64,000 nucleotides of DNA from Myxococcales bacterium (GTDB lineage Bacteria > Myxococcota_A > UBA9042 > JABWCM01 > BTVJ01): NCBI GenBank assembly GCA_045863395.1, contig BTVJ01000020.1, positions 1 to 64,000 on the forward strand. Direction: 5' to 3'. Each line of letters opens with the position of its first letter. Position 1 is the first letter of the stretch. A program made the translations under genes and the position numbers. Positions 55,999-64,000 of the stretch are shown here, in pieces. The notes under the pieces were generated by a model, which was not told the DNA's origin, searched no databases, and saw nothing but the letters and a program-made list of their open reading frames with translations.

Positions 55999-58806
55999 TC
56001 AGGTGCGCTTGACCTGGCTTGGCCCGGCCCTTCGGAGGCCCTCGATCAGCAGGTCCGGGGTGAGGATCTCTGGAAGGACGATGGGGCTGTCCGGGTCGCT
56101 CCCCGGGAGGATCACGTAGAGCGGCACCCCTGCCCTGTCGAAGCGCCTCAGCCACGCGGAGATCGCCTCGTCCTTGTTGGTCCAGTCGGCGCGCACCATG
56201 ATGATGCCCAGCTCACGCATGACGCTCAGGACCGCGTCGCTCTCGATGACCGTGTTCTCGTTGACCTTGCAGGTCCAGCACCAGGCCGCCGTGAAGTCGA
56301 TGAACACCGTGTGCCCGGCCCCGCTCAGCGACGTCACCCGCTCATCGGTGAAGTGAGTCCACTCCCCTGCGACCGGAGGGGTGTCCCCCGAGTCCTCGCA
56401 CATGGCCGCCTGCGCGGGGGGCGAGTCCAGCTGCAGAGTGCCAAACGCCCCTGCCGCGATCACCGCCCCGGCCAGCGCTGCCATCACGACCTGACGTCCG
56501 CGGGTGGCGGTCAGGCCGCCAAAGCGCCCGTACATCCAGACGGCCACGGCCACGATGCCCAGGAACAGGATCGCGCCCACCAGCGCGCGGGTCGACACCT
56601 GGTAGGACAGCACATCCAGGAGCCAGATCACGGTCCCGACCAGCAGGAACCCCATGAGGTGCTTGAAGTGGTCCATCCACGGCCCAGGGCGCGGGATCTT
56701 CCGCAGCCACGCCGGGAAGCGAGCCAGGATCACGAAGGGGAGCGCCAGGCCGAGCCCGACGACCATCAGCACGGCAAAGATCACCGGGGATGGCTGACCG
56801 AAGGCGAAGCCCAGCGCCGTCCCCAAGAAGGGGGCCGTGCAGGGAGTCGCGAGCAGCGTGGCAAAGACGCCGTTGAAGAACGAGCCGAGGAGGCCGTGCT
56901 GCGAGGCGACGCCTGCGGCGGCCTGCATCCCGGGGAGGTTCACCTCGAAGACGCCGAAGAGCGACAGGGAGAACGCAAAGACGATGGCCATGAGGGCCAC
57001 GACGAACGCCGGGTTCTGGAACTGGAAGCCCCAGCCCACAAGCTCGCCGGAGGCCTTCAGGCCGATGACCAGGATGGTCAGGACCAGGAAGGACACCATC
57101 ACGCCCGCGCCAAAGGCGAGCCCATGGTGCCAGATGGCGCGGCGGTCCTCGCCCGCCTGCCGCACGAGACCGAGGGCCTTGATGGACAGCACCGGAAGGA
57201 CGCAGGGCATCACGTTCAGAAGCAGCCCCCCGATGAGCGCGAACAGCAGCATCTGCCACAGCCCTACGTCGCCTCCCGCCGCGATGACCGTTGCGGCCCC
57301 GCTCATGGCCGGCCGCTTCGGGTCGTCGGGCAGCGCCGGCAGCAACGCGAAGGCCGGGTCGCTGATGGGCACGACGGTGGCTCCCGGAGCGGCCAGCGGC
57401 ACCTCCAGGCTCACGGCGAGTCGATGCAGCACCCCATCGTCGGCGACGGCCTGGACCACTCCCGCGATGCGTCCGGGCGTCCGCCCCTCCGGCCCACCCA
57501 CTCCCAGGACCCGCACGATCAGGGCCCCGTCCGCGGCGACGCGATGGTCCAGGCCCTCGATGTCGACCCCAACCCCAACCTCGGGCAGGAAGACCGGCAC
57601 GTGCTCGTCGTGGTGCTGAGCGAGTCCGCCCCTCCTCGCTCGCACCTCGAACAGGGCGGCGAAGCGATCACCCGGGCGCACCGCGCTTGCGCTCAGCACT
57701 CCCCGTGCAGTGAGCTCTTCGCTCGCAGCCGGAGGGACCCGCGCCGCCATGTGGTCGAAGATCGGTCGGGTCTTGTCGTCGACCCCGGGCGCCCCCCCGC
57801 CTGGCAGGGTCAAGCTCAACGTGGCGCTCCCCGGCACACAGTTCTTCTCGCACACGAGCCAGGACACGGCCGCGGACACGGGCACCGGACCATCGGGGAC
57901 GACGGGCGGCGGCACCACGGTGGCGTAGAGCATCACCTCGTCAGAGTAGCCGTAGGCGGTCAGGCCGCCCGCCTCGGCGTACCGCCCAGGCGCAGGCCAC
58001 TGGAGCTCGCCAACCACATAGCCCTCGGGGAGCTTCAGCTCCACCTCGGTGGGGAGCCCGGAGTCACCGCTGTTCTTCCAGTAGACGTGCCAACCCCGCT
58101 CGAGGGCGATGTGCACCCCGACGCGAAGCGGCTCCCCGGGGGCCACGCGGACGCTGTCCGCCAGGAGCCGCGCCGTGACGTGCGGGCGGTCAGCCCGTGC
58201 CGTGTCCGGGACGTCGCCGAAGTCTCGCGACGAGGGGGCTCCAAAGGTCGACGCAGGCGCGGGCGCAGCGGCGGCCTCCGCCGAGACGGCGACGCCGAGA
58301 GCCGGCATCCCGAGAGCTGTCCGCACCCGGGCGAGACGCGCCGCAAAGGCTTGTGGTCCCTCGAACTCGCGCAAGGTCAGATCCGTGAGGGGCGTCCCGT
58401 CGGGCCGCAAGAACCAGACCTGCGGGAGCTCCGACATCGAGTACCTGTCCCACAGTGGCTGGTTCTCTGGAGCATCCATGTCGATCTTCGCGAGCACGAA
58501 GCCATCGAGGAGCCCCGTCACCGCCGGGTCAGGGAAGGTCTTCTTCCCCAGCTCGATGCAGGCGACGCACCACTTGGCCCAGAAGTCGAGCATGACGGGG
58601 CGCCCCTCCGCAGCTCCGACCTGGATGGCCTTGGCATGGTCAGTGAGCCAGTCGTCACTCGCACTTGCAGGCATGGCAAGCAACGTCACGACCCCGAGGA
58701 GGGCTGCGCGAGCTGCGCGACGGGTCCATCCGGGACGACGTCGCGCCGCCGGGGGCACGGGAGAGCCTTGGCAAGACGCCTGGAGTCTGGGGAGGGCTGC
58801 GTTCAT
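55999..58806 (-). CDS. DsbD/ScsB-type thiol:disulfide interchange protein with an extra N-terminal thioredoxin (start uncertain)
   Basis: WCVAC thioredoxin; GWHVYWKN..CEKNC alpha domain; MPCVLP and TPCTAP TM cysteines; C-terminal WCWTC. Confidence 0.9.
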   Translation of the reverse strand: MNAALPRLQASCQGSPVPPAARRRPGWTRRAARAALLGVVTLLAMPASASDDWLTDHAKAIQVGAAEGRPVMLDFWAKWCVACIELGKKTFPDPAVTGLLDGFVLAKIDMDAPENQPLWDRYSMSELPQVWFLRPDGTPLTDLTLREFEGPQAFAARLARVRTALGMPALGVAVSAEAAAAPAPASTFGAPSSRDFGDVPDTARADRPHVTARLLADSVRVAPGEPLRVGVHIALERGWHVYWKNSGDSGLPTEVELKLPEGYVVGELQWPAPGRYAEAGGLTAYGYSDEVMLYATVVPPPVVPDGPVPVSAAVSWLVCEKNCVPGSATLSLTLPGGGAPGVDDKTRPIFDHMAARVPPAASEELTARGVLSASAVRPGDRFAALFEVRARRGGLAQHHDEHVPVFLPEVGVGVDIEGLDHRVAADGALIVRVLGVGGPEGRTPGRIAGVVQAVADDGVLHRLAVSLEVPLAAPGATVVPISDPAFALLPALPDDPKRPAMSGAATVIAAGGDVGLWQMLLFALIGGLLLNVMPCVLPVLSIKALGLVRQAGEDRRAIWHHGLAFGAGVMVSFLVLTILVIGLKASGELVGWGFQFQNPAFVVALMAIVFAFSLSLFGVFEVNLPGMQAAAGVASQHGLLGSFFNGVFATLLATPCTAPFLGTALGFAFGQPSPVIFAVLMVVGLGLALPFVILARFPAWLRKIPRPGPWMDHFKHLMGFLLVGTVIWLLDVLSYQVSTRALVGAILFLGIVAVAVWMYGRFGGLTATRGRQVVMAALAGAVIAAGAFGTLQLDSPPAQAAMCEDSGDTPPVAGEWTHFTDERVTSLSGAGHTVFIDFTAAWCWTCKVNENTVIESDAVLSVMRELGIIMVRADWTNKDEAISAWLRRFDRAGVPLYVILPGSDPDSPIVLPEILTPDLLIEGLRRAGPSQVKRT

Positions 58807-59154
58807 CTCGACCTGCCGAGCATGGGCCAGAATACCCGGTGACGCCAAGCGGGTGACGCCAACCAAGCCAACAACCGTGGGAGCTCGCGCCTCATGCCCA
58901 TCCCGCGGTTGGATCGTGGCGGCGCCAGGCTGCGGTGTCCGGTCCCAATCGCTCACTTGCGCACGCCGACGACGCCGAACCACGGGACGACCTCAACCTA
59001 CCGCCCCCATTGCCGGACCGAGGTCAGGGTGACCTCCACTCTGACCGAGCCACGCGGGCCAGGTCGAGCCACGGACGCAGCGGACCACGCGGGAGGGCAT
59101 CAAGCACGGGTGGCGGGGACTCTGAGGCACCGAGCGGGTTCGCAGGTGGCCAAC

Positions 59155-59528
59155 CTAGCGGTTGTCCGACTCCTTCCACGGGATCGGGTCGCCATGGCTC
59201 ATGGCACCCGACTTGGACGCCATGGGGCACATCGCACCCTCTGTGGCCCCAGAGCACTTCACAACCTCCTCGCTCCCCCCAGGGGCGCTGACGTAGGTGG
59301 AACTCCCCGCTGCGCCGTCATCTGCCTTGTCGTCCTGACTGGCGCCCCCGGCGCCCTCCGCGCCACCGGGCTGGGCACTCGGGTCGGCGGGATCGGACTG
59401 CTCAGCGCCGATGCTCTCGACGGCGGTCTCCTCCCCATCGTCGCTCTCCAGCCCATAGTCGACGGCGCAACCCGCGAAGGTGACAGCGAGGGCAGTGGCA
59501 GCAAACCGCAACAGCACCAGGTTCCGCT

Positions 59529-59532
<4 letters not shown>
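59155..59532 (-). CDS. Small secreted lipoprotein with acidic low-complexity linker
   Basis: Lipobox FAGC; ATGA overlap with the activator gene; C-terminal C-x8-C and GDPIPW. Confidence 0.75.
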
Positions 59533-63221
<3,689 letters not shown>

Positions 63222-63345
63222 GGGCTCCTCCTCGCGCGGACGGATTCGGCCCAGTATGGACCAGCCCGCCGGGGCAGCGCAAGGCGCTTCTCCGCTGCGG
63301 CTCGGCAGCGCGGCAGGCGTGTTGCCCGCGCGCATGCCGGCTCGC

Positions 63346-63684
63346 TCAGCCGGGTGCGGCGTGCGCCGCTGCTGGAGCGGTCGCCAGGCGGTCGTGAACC
63401 ACTGTGATCAGTGCCTCGAGCAGGATTCGATCAGCGAGCCCCGTCGCGTCGACCCGATAGGTGCCGGCGCGGATTGACGCCCGGACGTGATCCACCCTGG
63501 CCCGGTCGAGCTCCGCAGCCTGGTCCGAGCCCAAGGGAGCGCTCGCACGGCTCCTCGCGATGACCCGAGGCGGATCCTCGGCTCGCTGCCGCCGCGGTCC
63601 CGAAGTCGAGTTCGTCTTGTTGAGATCTTTCAGGGGACCCTCCGTGCTGCTCTCCAGAGCATGGTTTGACGCGCCGGGAGTCAA
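63346..63684 (-). CDS. flgM: FlgM-family anti-sigma-28 factor (start uncertain; possibly CTG at 63633 after GGAGG)
   Basis: RVDHVRASIRAGTYRVDATGLADRIL matches the FlgM C-terminal sigma-binding signature. Confidence 0.7.
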   Translation of the reverse strand: MTPGASNHALESSTEGPLKDLNKTNSTSGPRRQRAEDPPRVIARSRASAPLGSDQAAELDRARVDHVRASIRAGTYRVDATGLADRILLEALITVVHDRLATAPAAAHAAPG

Positions 63685-64000
63685 GTGCGGCCGTCACTCG
63701 GTGCGGCCGAAGCCCACATCATCTCCTATACCCGGCAGCGCCAGGACTGCGCTCTCTCCGGCCTCTCGCATCGACAACAAGCCACGGGAACTTGACGGGG
63801 AACCGCACTCGTCGCGCCTCGCTCCCCCTGGCGTCGTGCCGCGGTCCGCTCCCGATCGTTTGACTCCCAGCTCGCCGGCTCCCCATACTGGTCGTTGGTC
63901 GCCCTGGCGACGCCACCGGACGGACGGATGACGAACCTCGCCCCCCATCGACGCTGGGTCTTGGCGGCCCTGCTTGCGGCGGCAATGACGGGCTGCACGA

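Overview
High-GC bacterial chromosomal window that looks like Myxococcota (MYXO-CTERM-like signal, Cys-rich secreted lipoproteins, fused ccoNO, STAND/TPR sigma54 activator). The first ~6.7 kb looks accessory: an IS91-like remnant, a secreted HExxH protein with an octamer repeat at its 5' end, an FGE-fold lipoprotein and a nucleotidyltransferase module. The rest is mostly core or envelope genes: tRNA-Arg(CCG), a fimU-pilV-pilW-pilX-pilY1 operon with a sigma54-type promoter, lysA, a degenerate Asd homologue, truA, an FNR-like regulator with FNR boxes in front of a complete cbb3 oxidase operon, an L,D-transpeptidase, def, speE, a DsbD-type protein, a large sigma54 activator and flgM. The standout is the ~1.06 kb gene-free interval between def and a substrate-binding protein gene (49425-50520, minus strand). 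It has a sigma54 -24/-12 motif, a 17-bp helix pairing its two ends, a U7 tract, and nine covarying copies of one helix/3x3-loop motif that divide it into six tandem domains. This is a candidate giant modular structured ncRNA. Structures were paired by hand and gene starts chosen by eye; no database searches were run.
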